NCBI GenBank assembly: GCA_000708835.1
Contig: DF236997.1
Coordinates: 217,608-281,607 of the forward strand
Source: Klebsormidium nitens
Taxonomy: Eukaryota; Plantae; Klebsormidiophyceae
DNA: 64,000 nucleotides
Direction: 5' to 3'
The notes beneath the pieces are model-generated. The model was not told the DNA's origin. It was given only the letters and a program-made list of their open reading frames with translations, and did not search any database. Positions 47,851-61,052 of this stretch are shown here, piece by piece (the stretch's first letter is position 1; each line of letters opens with the position of its first letter). The translations under genes and the position numbers were made by a program.

Positions 47851-48719
47851 TTCGCGCGACCGCGGGGACCGCGTCCGGATCAATTTTGAAGTTCGTGCTC
47901 TTGTAGGGTCTACCACCGGAGAACGACGACGGTCGATGGAAGACCAGGGAATATTATACGACGTGCGGCAAAAATTCTGTCGACTTGAGGGACCATCCTG
48001 ATGGCCTGTCTGGCAGCTGACGACGTAACGTAGCCTTGCTAGGTAGTCCAGTGCACAATCTCTGAACGTAGCTGACAGTGAGAGAGATGCAGGAACCTCA
48101 GGCTTGCACAGGATTTCTTCTGACATTACCTCACGTATTCGCGCTTCGAATTCGTGCAAGTGCAAAGTATGGTGCACATGGCGCATGATATGCATGCAAT
48201 TCAAGCTCCAGCGCCGAATCATGGCGTGTACCAATAGTGGCCACACAGCCCACATCGTGCAACTTGGAGGCTTTGCATAGGGCACAAAGATGGTGAGATA
48301 GACCTGATGTCCCGGCACCATCACGGACAGAATACCAGTACACCGCTTGGATATATGTGAGATGTAGCAGTGATAGCTTCTTAGATTGTCTTTCATGTCA
48401 ACTTGACAACAACAATGTACACTCAAACTGAACAAAACGCTGAGATGTTGAAGGTCGGAAGATTGAAGCTCAACCAAGTGCCCGCTCCGTTGAGATCCGC
48501 ACACAAGTCGGCTCTCGTGTCTTTCATGAGAAGCTTACTCGTGATCACAGGACTGAAGACTGGGTCCTCAAAAGGGGAGCATATACATGGTGAGACGACC
48601 ACAACTGTAGCTTGCGAAAGAGCGGCTCTGATTGTAGCTGAAGCTGAGAAGCCAGCTCCACGTTCAATGGGTCATCTGTGTACGGTCGACGAATCTGCCT
48701 TTGGTGGCCTGGAGACGTA

Positions 48720-51700
48720 CTAATACCTGAGCCAATATGTCCTTCTCCTGAACCAGACATAGTCGGCAAGGTTCTGAGTGGGTCCCATGGAAGCGATTGC
48801 GAGGTCCTGCAACAAAGTGGAGCAAGCATAGTGAGGCGTGGGCTGAAAAGGGGTTTTCCTCCGCTTGCATTAGTAACAGGCTTACACCAAAAAACCATTC
48901 ACGCTCTATAGTGTCTTCTTAATAGCGGCAATACTGTAAAGAACGAACTTCTGGGGAGATCGCAAAGCTGTCACGAAGAAACAGAGAAAGATACGAATGC
49001 AACCGTGAATTGACTTCCGAGGCTCAAGCGACATTGAAAGACGAACAGACTCCAAACGAAAGACAAATCCTAACGACGGCACAAGCTCAATGACCAGCAC
49101 TTGCTAGATTTCACACAAGCACGCTCACCTTGTCATAGATGAACCTGTCGGCCACACGCTTGATGGTGTTCGCATCCACTGCGTCAATGCGCGCGATGAG
49201 CTCCGCCGGGGGAATGCGGCGGCCGTATACCAGGAGCTGCAAGGGGCATATTTTTGAGTGGGTTTCCCTGAGCACCTCAACGGGGTGCAAGTACCGCCCC
49301 GTACCAGGTTAAATTCCAACCAGATGACAACGACGCGACTTTATCTAGTAATCCAAGATTCGGCTAGCTCGGCCCACTGTCAAAGTCCGACAAGATAGAG
49401 CCAAGCAGCTGCTCTCCGTTGAGGCCTGCTGCAATGCAAAACTCTTCGATTTCTGATCCCCTTGAGATGAGTCAAACCCAACGCCGTCTTCAAACTGCCG
49501 GCAAACAAGTGGCTTGACGGGCATCGTCCAAAGGAGACGTCGGCTTGAAAGCCGTTCTCACACTTGCCACACGGGCAGACCTAACCCATACGTCAACATG
49601 TGCAATGCCAAAAGACAAGAGTTCTTGCCCCATTTCTAAAACGGACCACTGGAGCAACTCTTCGTTGAGGGCGAGTGACGATCTGAACGAAAGGCTGCAA
49701 CTTATACAGAAGGGGCTGGGCTTGCCACGAACAGAAGGTCAGTGTGCTGCACTAACCTGCCTCCCAATGTCCTCCGCCTTCGGTCCAGTGCCATCTTGTA
49801 GCATCAGGTAATTGGCCTTCAACTGAGGATACAAGAAACGTACCGGCTTTCAGCAAGTAACAAGATTTCGGCGAACATAAGCGAATTCTGCAAAACCACT
49901 CGAGGACAGTGTCAAAAATCTGGGCCTTGGAGGCGACTGTTGCAGAAAAGCTTCCGAGAAAGTCCTCTAGAGTCCTCGGTTCTCACTCCAAGACGAGCAG
50001 ACGACGTTCTTTACAAGTTGCCTGTGAACTGACCTGATTCTTTGCGCGGGTGACATCCATCTCGGACACTCGGTACACTAGCTTGGTGAACTCGTGCATG
50101 ACTGCCCAGCAGAGGTCGTCAGCGACCTTCCCCTGCAAACGAATCGAAAAGACGTCTCAGGTTCCTAGCACAGAACGCTTGGACACCTCATTGTCACGTC
50201 AAGAAGCAAGGTAGAAAGCGAACTGGTCCCAACGATGCATTTCGGAATGCACCGTATTCTTGACGCCTGTGAAAACCTTCAGATTACTCTCTGGTTCTCG
50301 CGATACCTTCCGCATACACCTTAGAGCTGCGGCTCTCGATATCGGACAAATAGACAATGCACGGAATGGGCCACGCTCAAGGCTTCCTTACACAACAGAT
50401 TGCGAGGTACACAGCTTGGTACATATGGTACTCACATCACAGGTAGCGTATATCCCGAACAGGCCTGCGTCACGGTAGTTTGTGTTGAATGCCATGTAGC
50501 TGTCTGCCAAATTGTCTGCTGCTACCCGCTGCGCAAGCTCCGACCTAAGACAGGAAGAAGGAATCCAGTCGTGAGCAGGACCGCTTTCGCCGCCAACGAT
50601 CAGACTCGATTCCTGAAATATATGCGTTAAAGGACGCTATTACAAGGAAGATAGCCAGAAAAGATGGGTCACTTTGCAAGATCTATAACGTGCCTCCGCA
50701 ATCTGGCTTTTCTATATCAATCGTTAAACTAAAGCAAGCGCTCGGATTCCTGAACAAGGACAAGCAGACGGTTTTTACATCAGCATGCACTGTGAACTGG
50801 CTTGTGCCTCACCCCATGTGCTTCCCAGCTCCGGCTGCCTTGGACCAGGACCCAAGCATGGTCTGCATGACCTGAAGAGCCATGGTGTCGGGATCCGTCC
50901 AGGAGGCGCCCTGCACCGCGACCGCAAAGCTGACCTTCTCCATGTCGTCGTCGCGCAGGCGGACCTGCACAAAAACGCTTTCACCAACTTAGACACGGCG
51001 ACATTTCTCTGGCAAAGATGCACAAACGGAAGAAGTCGATCCGTCAGCGTCCGCTCAATCGAGCGGCAAAAGTCCATCTGATCATGCAAGGCTTTATAGG
51101 CAAAGGAAGCGGTTCGAGTCAGCACACAACCGTCCACCTGGTCCCCATCATCAAACGCTTATGTGAAGCTACTCCAAGTGAGCCTCTGGACAATTAAAGG
51201 GACCCGGAAAGTACCTCAGACCCAGTGAAGATGGCCGGGTTCTTGGCCACGAGCTGCGCTGCGGTAGTAGGGTCACTGGACAGGCTGGAGAACTCCTTCT
51301 CAGCGAGCTTGACAAGCTCGTCATGGTCAACAGCCCCCGCGCCAGCAAGCACCTGCACGTAAGCACGATGCTCTCACGATGCTCTGTGCTGACCCAGCTT
51401 CCAAATCGAGCTACTCTGCTGTATGCAACTCCAACAGCTGTCAAGATCCAAATCCCACGAGAGGTGAGCCCATGCAGCCTGCAAACTGAAGGGGTCACTG
51501 CAATTGGTTTTAAAGACTCCGGACGCAGTCTTCAAGAAACCTGCTGCTAAAACAAGCAAAGCCTGCAAACGGTTTGGCCCAGAGGAAGTAGATGTAGATG
51601 ACAAAGGACTCATCAGCAGCGTTACAATGGGGAAGCAGGGATCGAATCTTACCATCCGAGGAGCGGTGTAGTGCGTGGAGATGTAGTCCTCAATATCCTC

Positions 51701-53386
51701 CTTGGTGATGGACTGGATGTTCTCCATTGGCCCGAGGATAGTCTGACCAAGGGGGCTGTGCTGGAACGCTGTCGCGTGCAGGTGATCAAACAGGACCTCA
51801 TCGGACAGGCCCTCGATCTGCACGTACGATTAAAATTCAGCCGCCGATCATGTGTGAAGGAGTAGCTCTAGTTAAACTGGCTTGCAAGAAGCAGCACCTG
51901 GGCGACTCTCCCCCCTGGCAGGCTGTGCACGTGATCAGCATGCTACAGGTACAAAGTATCTGCTCTACGGATAAGCGCAGCACCAACATTTCATCAGAAT
52001 TGTCCTGGACAACAGTGCCACTTTCTGGCATTGTTTTGAAGAAGCATGGAATATCAAGAGGGGCCAGTACTGGAAAGAGATCTTGCTCAAATTGGATGCT
52101 TTTCTGACGGGTTCTATGCAAAGATACAAATTCTAGTGAAATCTTCGACAAAAAGGCTTGCAAATCAAACTACCATAATTACTAGGTACAAACACAATGC
52201 AGGCATCAGACAATCAGTTAATGTGACTGCTTATCCAGCGCAAGATGTTAAATTCAATCTGATATACGGCGCGCAAGATGCAAGATTCAATCTGACCATT
52301 ACCAAGTGCCCTTTCCCTAATACCTGGTACAATGACAGTGTTTCGCAGAGAGGATTCAGAAGTTGAAGCCGGCTCCGTGAATACGGAAGCGTACAAAAAG
52401 CATGCACCCAATCAATGCAGCAAGAATGCGACTGATAATTAAGGTAAGTGTCTGAGAAGGTGGCCAATTCACAGCATGCAAGGTTTTCGCATGGCATGTA
52501 ATTTTTTAGATGCATGGCTTGCAAAACGCACGTTTTGCAAAACAGGCCAGGAATCTGTTCTTCAGAATTTAAGCTATGGTGAACAAGATAACCTCGCAGG
52601 GAATTAGAAACCTGACCCACTCCGCTGGAGATCCACGGCTGCTTATCGAGAATGACCGCAAAAGTAATGCACGGCAACATTTAGAAGCCAATTTTTGAGG
52701 TAGAAACCACCAATCTGCATCATATCAAATTCTTCCTTTTCACAGCATGTTGCTCGATCCAAAAGCTGCACAGAAAACAGATCCCTTAAGGAGTGCTATT
52801 CTTCCTCACTCACCTCCCTCATCTCCTGGAGGATCACGCTCCGTTCCCTGTCGACGTCCTCCTGCTTGATCGACGAGTTTTGCAAAATGTCCCCAAGGAT
52901 GTTCATTGCTTTTGGCACGTCATTCTTCACAACTTTCGCATAGTAGGTCGTCTGTTCCCGGGACGTGTACGCATTCAGATGGCCCCCCATGTTCTCAACC
53001 TCTTCCTCCAGCGCCCTAGTGCTCCTCTTCTTTGTCCCCTTGAAAGCCATGTGCTCCAGAAAGTGCGCGGTGCCATTGTTGGCTGCCGACTCAAACCTGC
53101 TGCCTGCATCAATCCAGACCCCTACTGTTGCAGTCTCAGCGTGAGGAGTTGTTTCTGTAGCTACTCGGAGACCATTTGCCAGGGTTGTGATCTTGGTCTC
53201 AGGCCTGCCGAGTATGCTAGTCAGATCATGGTTGACTGCTACGGGGGAATTGTACTTCACAAACCGCTCATCTTGGACCGTGAGAGCCTCTGCAGCATAT
53301 GCCCTGGTGGCAGAAAGCTGGGCGCCCCCAAGCTGTGTCACCTTTCTTCCCTGCCGTGCAACGGCCGCCAAGATCTTTGAGGCCAT
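48720..53386 (-). CDS. MPPB: Mitochondrial processing peptidase beta subunit (M16), 9 exons, 498 aa
   Basis: Exons 53386-52814, 51817-51653, 51352-51215, 50964-50813, 50544-50436, 50132-50034, 49822-49757, 49236-49129, 48806-48720 (1497 nt). Motifs [24 protein letters not shown] (HxxEH), [14 protein letters not shown]-terminal RRRTYWLRY; Arg-rich presequence. Confidence 0.97.
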
Positions 53387-54272
53387 GGCCGGGCCCCCGG
53401 ACTTGACCTCAGAATTTCCAAGTGCACCTCGGGTGTTTTGTCAACCGAGACGGGCGCCCCTCTCAAACCATGCGGCTGTCGCTTCCAGCCCGCAGCAGCG
53501 GTGCGCCCTTCTTCAGCTCGCGAACACACCTAGCAGCTCGAGAACACACCTAACATCAGCCTCTCCTCTATAACTATAAACTTTAATAGTAATAAGGATC
53601 TAATAGTAATAACGAAGAGGAATCTCCAGGTTAACCAACACTAAAACCCTAAGCACTAATTTACTCGCTCCGCACCCAAGCCCACCCTAACCACCATACT
53701 AACCCCACCCGTCCTCATCGAGTCCTTATTACTATTAGACCTTGTTACAATCAAAATTTACTTTTATCTCTCCTCTTGCCATTGGAACGAATTTGACCCG
53801 CTTGGTTAAGACTTTGTTTTCAAGATGTAAGCGACGTTGAAGTCTCGCTAAAGTCGGCTACCTGATTATTTGGGAGCTACGATATGAGTACGTGTCTGTC
53901 CCAGAATCGGGCTTTCGAGGTCGCCCCCGTAGCTGGGTTTGCATATAGGTACCGGAACTCGGTTTCGAGCACTGCAGCCTTGCTGTTGCTCGAAAAGTTC
54001 CATGTACTTATTGAACCTGGGAAGCTCAACGTCCTAAGGCTACGGCCCACACTTGAACTTGAAGGCCACTAGAAGATCCACAGGCACAGCAGACTGGGCA
54101 TTGCATCAGCATTGCAGTTTGCAGCAAGCTACATTGCCTCAGCTGTTGTCAAAGACGTCCCCCTTCCTTTATGTTGAAAGATCGGCAAAGGGAGCAGGAC
54201 TTTTGTTGAGTTGTCTCATCAACCGATAAGTACTCTCCTCGGCGCGCTCACTTGTCACATTTGGCCAGCAGA
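53387..54272. promoter_or_regulatory. Divergent intergenic region between MPPB and PP2C with a single telo-box-like and a single site-II-like motif
   Basis: Head-to-head genes. aaaccctaa at 53644-53652 and agccca (TGGGCT on minus) at 53679-53684 lie in a TAA-rich tract. Single copies could be chance. Confidence 0.3.
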
Positions 54273-57200
54273 ATGGCCAATGCAGCGACTGCAGGTCGTC
54301 TCCTAATCAACCAGCAAGCGGCGCTTCAAAGAGGTGGTGCGGACAGGGAATGCCAACCTGGGGGAGCTAAGGTGAGCCATGCCCCGATTCAAACGATGTG
54401 CATGCAGAGGCTTTGAGGAACTTACCATTACGAAAACTTGTACAAGTTTTCAATTTGATAGTTTGCTGCCCAAAACAAGAATACCTCATGCAGGCGAAAT
54501 TGATGTCCTTCATCAATATACCGGTAGTGAATACACTACAGCCACAAACAAGTGCAGATCTAGACACAGCCACTCTTGATTGACAGCGAGACAAGGCCAG
54601 TTGAAATGCTAGGCCCCATTTTGATGCTAGAATAAGACAGACAAGGCCCTGCATCCAGCATTGCTTACTAGGTAGGATTCAATAATTGACCCCAACTTGA
54701 ACAGCGATGCTTACTGTACTCTCGAATTGCGGCAGGCCTTCTACACCCCGTCTACTGGAAAGAGGCGGTCGGGCTCTAGGCGTTCATCCGCTGGACTCCA
54801 TTCGCAGCCTCTGTCAAGCATTCCAGCAGGGTTCCAGAGGAGCAGGCTAGATGAAGGTTAGTACATCTCCTCTTGCGGATCAAAGGATGACAGTAATAGC
54901 TTGTGAATCTGAGTTTGTGATATGGACTTTTCAAAGTTGCTCTTTAAAATCTTGTAGTCCAATGGCTGTGCTTCCATTCATGTCAAAAGTGTGGGTGTTT
55001 CTCCCCCTGCGCACCCCTCTCTTCAGTCCATAAAGGGGAGGGTGCCCTTCATGTATCATCATTTGCCTCACCTATGACGATGATCGTCTCTTGTTGAGCT
55101 GCAAAGGTTTCCATTGATGTCTCTTGTAATGGTGAATTTCTGGTCACTCTTGGCCTCACTTTTTACGTGTGGCTTCTCCCCTCATTCAGGTTACGCCTCC
55201 TTGGACAGCCCGGGAGCCTGCGCAAGTCGTGTGTCCATGGCTGCGGCAGGTGCCGCAGTTGCTGCAGAAGCAAGGTAGGGAAACGTTCTCTTGAAATGAG
55301 AGAGGCAAGCCCGTGAATGTGGTGCAATCATCACAGTCTGAACAGGTCAAGTAAGAAGCCAGGCAGCTGTTGGGCTAGATCACTGATCCCACTTGCCTCG
55401 AAAGTATTTTTCTTTGAACCAACTATGCAGTTTCTAACTAAGTTGAGAGCCGTGATCTCTGGACCGTCAGAACTTCAGCTGGTGCGCACGCCATTGGACT
55501 GGCTAGTGGTCCTCGGGGCGGCCCCGGACTCGGCCTGACTCACGTCTCACCACAGCGTCCCCGCGAGAAGGGGCTGCCAGCCAACTTCCGTTTCTGACAA
55601 ACGGCGTTCTTGCGCTGCAGTGTGGGGGTGGCTGGTGTCCAGGGCTCAGGGCGTGTCCAAATGGAAGACACGTGAGCTCCCAGGTTCCTCCAAGTTTTCA
55701 AGTGTTTCTCTTTTTGACATTCTCTGTGCCAGTGGAGTATAAGATGCTGCCGTCTGGGTTCAGATGCTGCCATCATGATTCTGGTTGGAGATGGAAGAAC
55801 GGGCTGGTGTGGCAACAAATGGAGCACAGGGGCATGGAAACTTTCGAACTACGAAAGGATTCAGCCTGATGCATGAGGAAGCGCCTTTCCTCCTTAAGAA
55901 CGTCCTCTGATGCTGTTGCCGCCTGTGCTTGCAGACACTATGTTGGAACTGAGGGCGATGTCTTCTCGGCGGGAGTGTTTGATGGGCATGGAGGCAACGC
56001 TGTTGCAAAGTAAGAAGGACGTCGCAAGCTTCCTCGAATGCTGGCAAGTACGCTTCAAATACAGGGCTTACTACACTTCCTTGTTCACCAGTGAGTAGAG
56101 TGTTTTGGTGCCACGAGGCTTACCACGTGGCTACTGAGGAGTTGGAAAGCATATTGCTGATGGAGATCTAGTTGCTTGTAGAGTAGGCCTTCCGCAGTGC
56201 CCCTATCATCAGACTTCTATTGAGCTCTCTGGCGAAGATAGCCGTCAAGAGGACCTGTTCGTCTCATTCTTTGGGTGTCTAGAGACTGATTTAGGCGACC
56301 CTGGCCACTCCCTGCAGTTTCTTGGAGAAGAGTTTTTGGCCCGCATACAAAGGAGCGTTGAAAGGTAAGCGGCGAATTCAATGGCCAGTACGGCACCGTA
56401 CCTTTTCGCCTTCACACTGGGCTTTCGACTCCGTTTGCTCGTCCCTTCTTGAGACCCGCCATCAGGCCGTTTTGGAGACTGCGCTCGGTGTACAATCAAC
56501 GGCGAGAACTTTTAAGTAGCTGAGCCCATCATGATGCTATGCGAGTATCTTTTGCCAGGCAAGTTCGGGGAGAAGTTCGCCCTCATCCGAGCGACGAAGA
56601 AGACGTACCTGCAACTCGACGAGGAGCTCACAGTAAGTACCTCGTTTCTTTGACGGACCTGCAAATATTTGCGGGAAACCTGGGGTCCTTCGGTTGAAAA
56701 CTTTGGGATTATTCTCCTTGAACAAGATTGATTCCAAGGGTGCAACGATGTGCACTCTGGGACTCCTTCGAAGACTTGGCTCGAAGCAGATTGTGGAAGC
56801 GTACTAATGCTGCTGCGACGTAAACCTCACTTCGAATGCCACGAAGCATGCGGAACCTGTCGATGAAAAGTTGCTGCCTGCTTGGATTTGACACGGTGTA
56901 AGCACGAGGCTGACCTTCTGCTTGCCTCAGCAGTTGTCCGCTTTGGCTTTGACTGTCGAACCCCCTAGAAGTCTGCGGTTCGATCTCGAGCCTAAGCAGC
57001 GAGCACAGGCAGATGCCTCCAGATATCAAGTGTCATTAGTCGCATCCTAAGCCGACAGTATTTTGAGACAGCGGTCTAGTAAGTCTTGTCGGGTATCGTG
57101 TCCGTCTAGAAGTAGCGACGTACAGATCACCACCTCGAAAAGGCCTCACTCAGTCTGCCTCTCTTCTGATGGCAGGCAGCACCGAAAGGCTTGTTCGGGG

Positions 57201-59966
57201 GCATGCGCGAGCGTGGTCTGGGAGGGTCCAAGTGCGGAGCAACAGCTGCGACCGTAGCAGTCGGGACAAACGCAGGTTCGGGCTTTCGATGATCTCGATT
57301 CGACTTTCTGAGCTTGTGTCGGTCTTCGAAGTGCTTGTGAATATATAAAGGCCTTCGGCGTGAATCTCGTGCTTCGGAGTCCTTTCTCCTTCTTCCGACG
57401 AAGTCCTCCAAGCCTTCCCAAATGCCGCTTGCTATAGAGTCTTCCATAATGATATAGAGTCTTCCATGCTGAAGTCTTGAACGGTTTGGACGGTCCATTT
57501 TTGGGTTTTCTTCAATGCTAATCGACACTGTTTTATGTTGACAATCGTACTTAATGTCCTCGTAATGAAGCGCTGATTGAGTTGTGTTGAGCGCCATGTT
57601 CAAGTGGGCCTGCTTAGCAGTCTTCGAGGATCTTGCTGACCTTGGCTTTTGAAAACAATATGCGGTGCTGTTACTTTCGCAAGAGCACCGTCGAAACGAA
57701 GCGCTTACTGTTGCCCGGGCTTGTAGCGACTATAAGGAGGCCAGAACAGCCAGCTTACTTGCCAACCGGTCTTGTGAATCAAAATTTCCTCTCTTCTCCG
57801 GGAGCCTGTCCGCTTCGCTCGAAGACCATTTTTGAATCTCAGTTACTAGAATACTCTCACCAGAGAGGATAGTACTCCGGAAGCCCGCGTACAATTTGAG
57901 ACGTTTCCCTTGGAACGTAAAACTTTGAACCGACCCTTACAATCGCACCATTTGCTTGCATAGGGTGCGAGAAAGTGCTCGTGGCTGCCAACGTGGGCGA
58001 CTCGCGGGTGCTGCTGGTGCGCAATGGGGAGCCGCTGCAGCTAACGGTGGATCACACGGTGAGTTCGCATTCCCGCTAACGGCGTGTTCGAAGTTGCTTG
58101 TTGTAGGCCTTTGATTCTCGTTTTTAAAGGTACCTAAAATGGAAACGCGCAACACTTGTGATAGAGGAGTGTGGAAGCGTCGGAAATTCTGGCGTCTTAG
58201 TGGATAGGCTGAAAGCGGCAGAGATCCTCCGCTGCTTCCGTAAGGACTTCGGCGGCTTCTGCTGGTAGGAAATTTTGCAAGTTGCTCGAATTCTGGTCAG
58301 ACCTTGCACAGCTGTGCGGAAATGCACTGGGATTTGACTTGTGCTGCTGTTACAATCGATGGGCGAACCCCACTGGGATTTGACCTTGTGCTGCTGTTAC
58401 AATCGATGGGCGAACCCCGAGGTTTGTATTTCGCTGATTCAGCGTCAGTTCTCGTGAGCTGCTCTCAGCACCATCCATATCTCTGGCTGCGGCAACCATA
58501 TAATACAATATCTCAGTATTCCACTGTCTTTCTATCTCAGTATTCCACTGCCTTTCCCTACAATGGATTGACCTCAAAGGAAGATAGCCCCCACTTGGCT
58601 CGTCAACCGTCTGACTGAGCTGAATGATTGAGATCTTCCGCCCCGCAGCCTGACCGAGAGGAGGAGCGGATACGCATTGAGTTGAAGAACCCGAACTTGA
58701 AGAAGCCGCTGGTCGTCAACGTCGGGGGCACGTGGCGAGTCGGAGGACTGCTCGCGCTCTCGAGGGCGTTCGGAGATGTGTACTTGAAAGAGTGAGACTG
58801 ACCTGCTTCCTTCTTTGCAATTTCTACTATGGGCCCGTGTAATGATCTGCGTTTGTTGTGTGCCAAGGATAAGATGCATGATAGGCGACTGATCTACTCA
58901 ATGAACGCCTCCAGGAGTCGCTTTCGAACTCCGAATTGCCAAGTGGGTCGTATTGCGGGAACGGAATTTCCCCACAACAATCCTTGTGATGCTTTCAACA
59001 GGATCCTTCTACGAACAGGAGGTGTGAGAATTGTAAGAAGCCTGTTTCTGGAGAAGGTCGATTGATGGTGGCACAAACGTCCTTCGTCAAGTCTCGCGCC
59101 TTGTAGAACGTTTAGTCTTGATCTGGTAATTAATACGGGAACCCCTCACGAAGCCGCTGGATTTTTACTGTGGTCATTATGATTGCTTATCCTCATTCAC
59201 TGAGTCCTTCTGACACTCTTTCAATGCCGTTTGCTGAGCACAATTCGCGACAACGTCCGTTGCCTATATGCTCGGTCTCTGTTTGTACAGTTACAAGAAC
59301 AAGGACGGGGGGGCGGGCGGTTTCGGTTTGATTGCCGAGCCAGACGTTGTGGTGGAGACGGTGACGTCAGATGACGACATGGTCGTGCTGGCAACGGACG
59401 GCATTTTTGAGGTTCTGTCCAATGAGGAGGTCGTGGACTTCGTCAAGGCGGCTGGGTGAGGGACCGGACAGATTGTTCAAGTCCTTTGTTGCTTTTCCGA
59501 AAAAGGTTTCGCCGCTGTGGGGTTGCTCACATGATGTCCGGCTGCAGGGACATGCTTCGAGAGCTTCGATCTGGCACGTTTTCGAAATACGATCCCGTGG
59601 AGGCACTGGTATTAGCGCCCGACCACTTTATCGTGGGCTGTCTCAGGTCCTGCAGATTCTCTGGCGTTTCTTTTAGATTGTGTATGTACGAACGGGCCGA
59701 TCAAACCCATTGGTACCGAATGAGTAAGTGAGCAAATCGTTGAGGGTGAACATTTTCATGGTACAAAAGAGTTCCAATAGCCACTTGCGCTTGCAATTGC
59801 CCTTATGCCGGAACTCATGATCAGTCCCGTCCCGAGGCTAAAGCGGCTTGATTATCTGGATTGCAGGCCTGAGGCATCACTGCAACGAGTCGCAAAGGAC
59901 CTCGTGGCCCTTGCTCAACAAAAGGGGACTCAAGACGATATCACGGTGATTCTTGCGAGATTGTAA
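54273..59966 (+). CDS. Protein phosphatase 2C (PPM family) with N-terminal extension, 12 exons, ~384 aa
   Basis: Exons 54273-54371, 54736-54856, 55190-55274, 55621-55671, 55935-56009, 56318-56364, 56559-56632, 57176-57275, 57964-58058, 58649-58791, 59291-59455, 59867-59966. Motifs GRVQMED, GVFDGHGG, CGATA, ANVGDSR, LTVDH, LALSRAFGD, LATDGIFEV, QDDITV. The first three exons are tentative. Confidence 0.9.
58325..58417 (+). repeat. Near-perfect 46/47-bp tandem duplication in PP2C intron 9
   Basis: cactgggatttgac(c)ttgtgctgctgttacaatcgatgggcgaaccc x2. A second pair tctcagtattccactg follows at 58510 and 58535. Confidence 0.92.
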
Positions 59967-61032
59967 TTATGTATTGATAGGCCGCTGTGTTGTATTGTTT
60001 TGTCTTGAGATTGAATGTGCGTTGTATGTTTGTCAAACCTTTTTTAAGGAAGTGCAATGTGGTGTACAAGCCTTCAAATATTTAACCGCACTTCTTAAAG
60101 TGTACTGCATAATGGCCGGCAGAGGCATTGCAGTGTGATTTGCCGCAACAATGCAGCTCGCAATTTCAGAGATGATTGCTTTTTGGGTACTGTACAGTAC
60201 ATTATGACACACGCCAGCAGCTTCGCCTTGTGCGAAGGACCACGTGTACTTGGAGTCGAGGTTTTATCGAGTACGCACACGTCCTATGTATAAAGTTGCA
60301 TTGATTCAAGATCAGGGCTCAATTGTATACCGGGCCCTAGTGTAGCTACATGGCAGGGATTGGTGCATCGTTTTACATGTGAAAAAAATATGCGCCATGA
60401 GGTTCAGGCCCTCATTCATGTGCACAATGTTTTCCGGGTAATTCGATATCATGGACTGAGCGTTACTAAGCAATAGACAACAAACCTAATATGACTGTGT
60501 TCTAAGAAAAAAGTTATGGATGTCAGATCTATCCAGGTTTCAACATATAATCGAAAGAATTGTCAGTGACATTCAGCATTTGGCTCGAATCAATATAGAT
60601 AAACTCCTAAGATTTCCGGCTGCCATGGAAAGTATCTCCCTCTATCAATCTTCTCGGAGATTGTTCCAACAGGTTGTGATCGAGACTGCTCGAATTCGGG
60701 TTTGGCTAGAGTTATCAATTAAGCTTTCCATCTTCAAACTACCCATTAGCTGCCCCTTCGCCTGGCAACTATAGCAGCGAACATCGTCGATGGCAACAAC
60801 ACCGATTTATGAGTGGCTCGGCATTCTTTGCCCAACTGGACTCCTTCTATTCTGCTTGTCCAAATGATTGAACGAGTGGCGCGGCCTTGATCCCAGGCTG
60901 CTCGAGTAGAACTCAGCGCTATCGCGCTAGTGGTGGTGGTGGCACTAAGTCAGATCCGAGCATTTGACCAACCACAGAATCACTAGCTACTCAGAACTTT
61001 GATTAAAGAACCCGTTAAAGAAGGACCTGCCG

Positions 61033-61052
61033 ATACATACATACATACATAC
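61033..61052 (+). repeat. (ATAC)5 microsatellite
   Basis: Directly visible. Confidence 0.85.

Noticed and set aside
47698-48504. 268-aa minus-strand ORF
   Set aside because: It runs through the inverted-repeat arm and the MPPB 3' flank, is Cys/His/Arg-rich and has no motifs; likely spurious.
57127-57603. 158-aa minus-strand ORF nested in PP2C
   Set aside because: Overlaps PP2C exon 8 antisense; no domain features.
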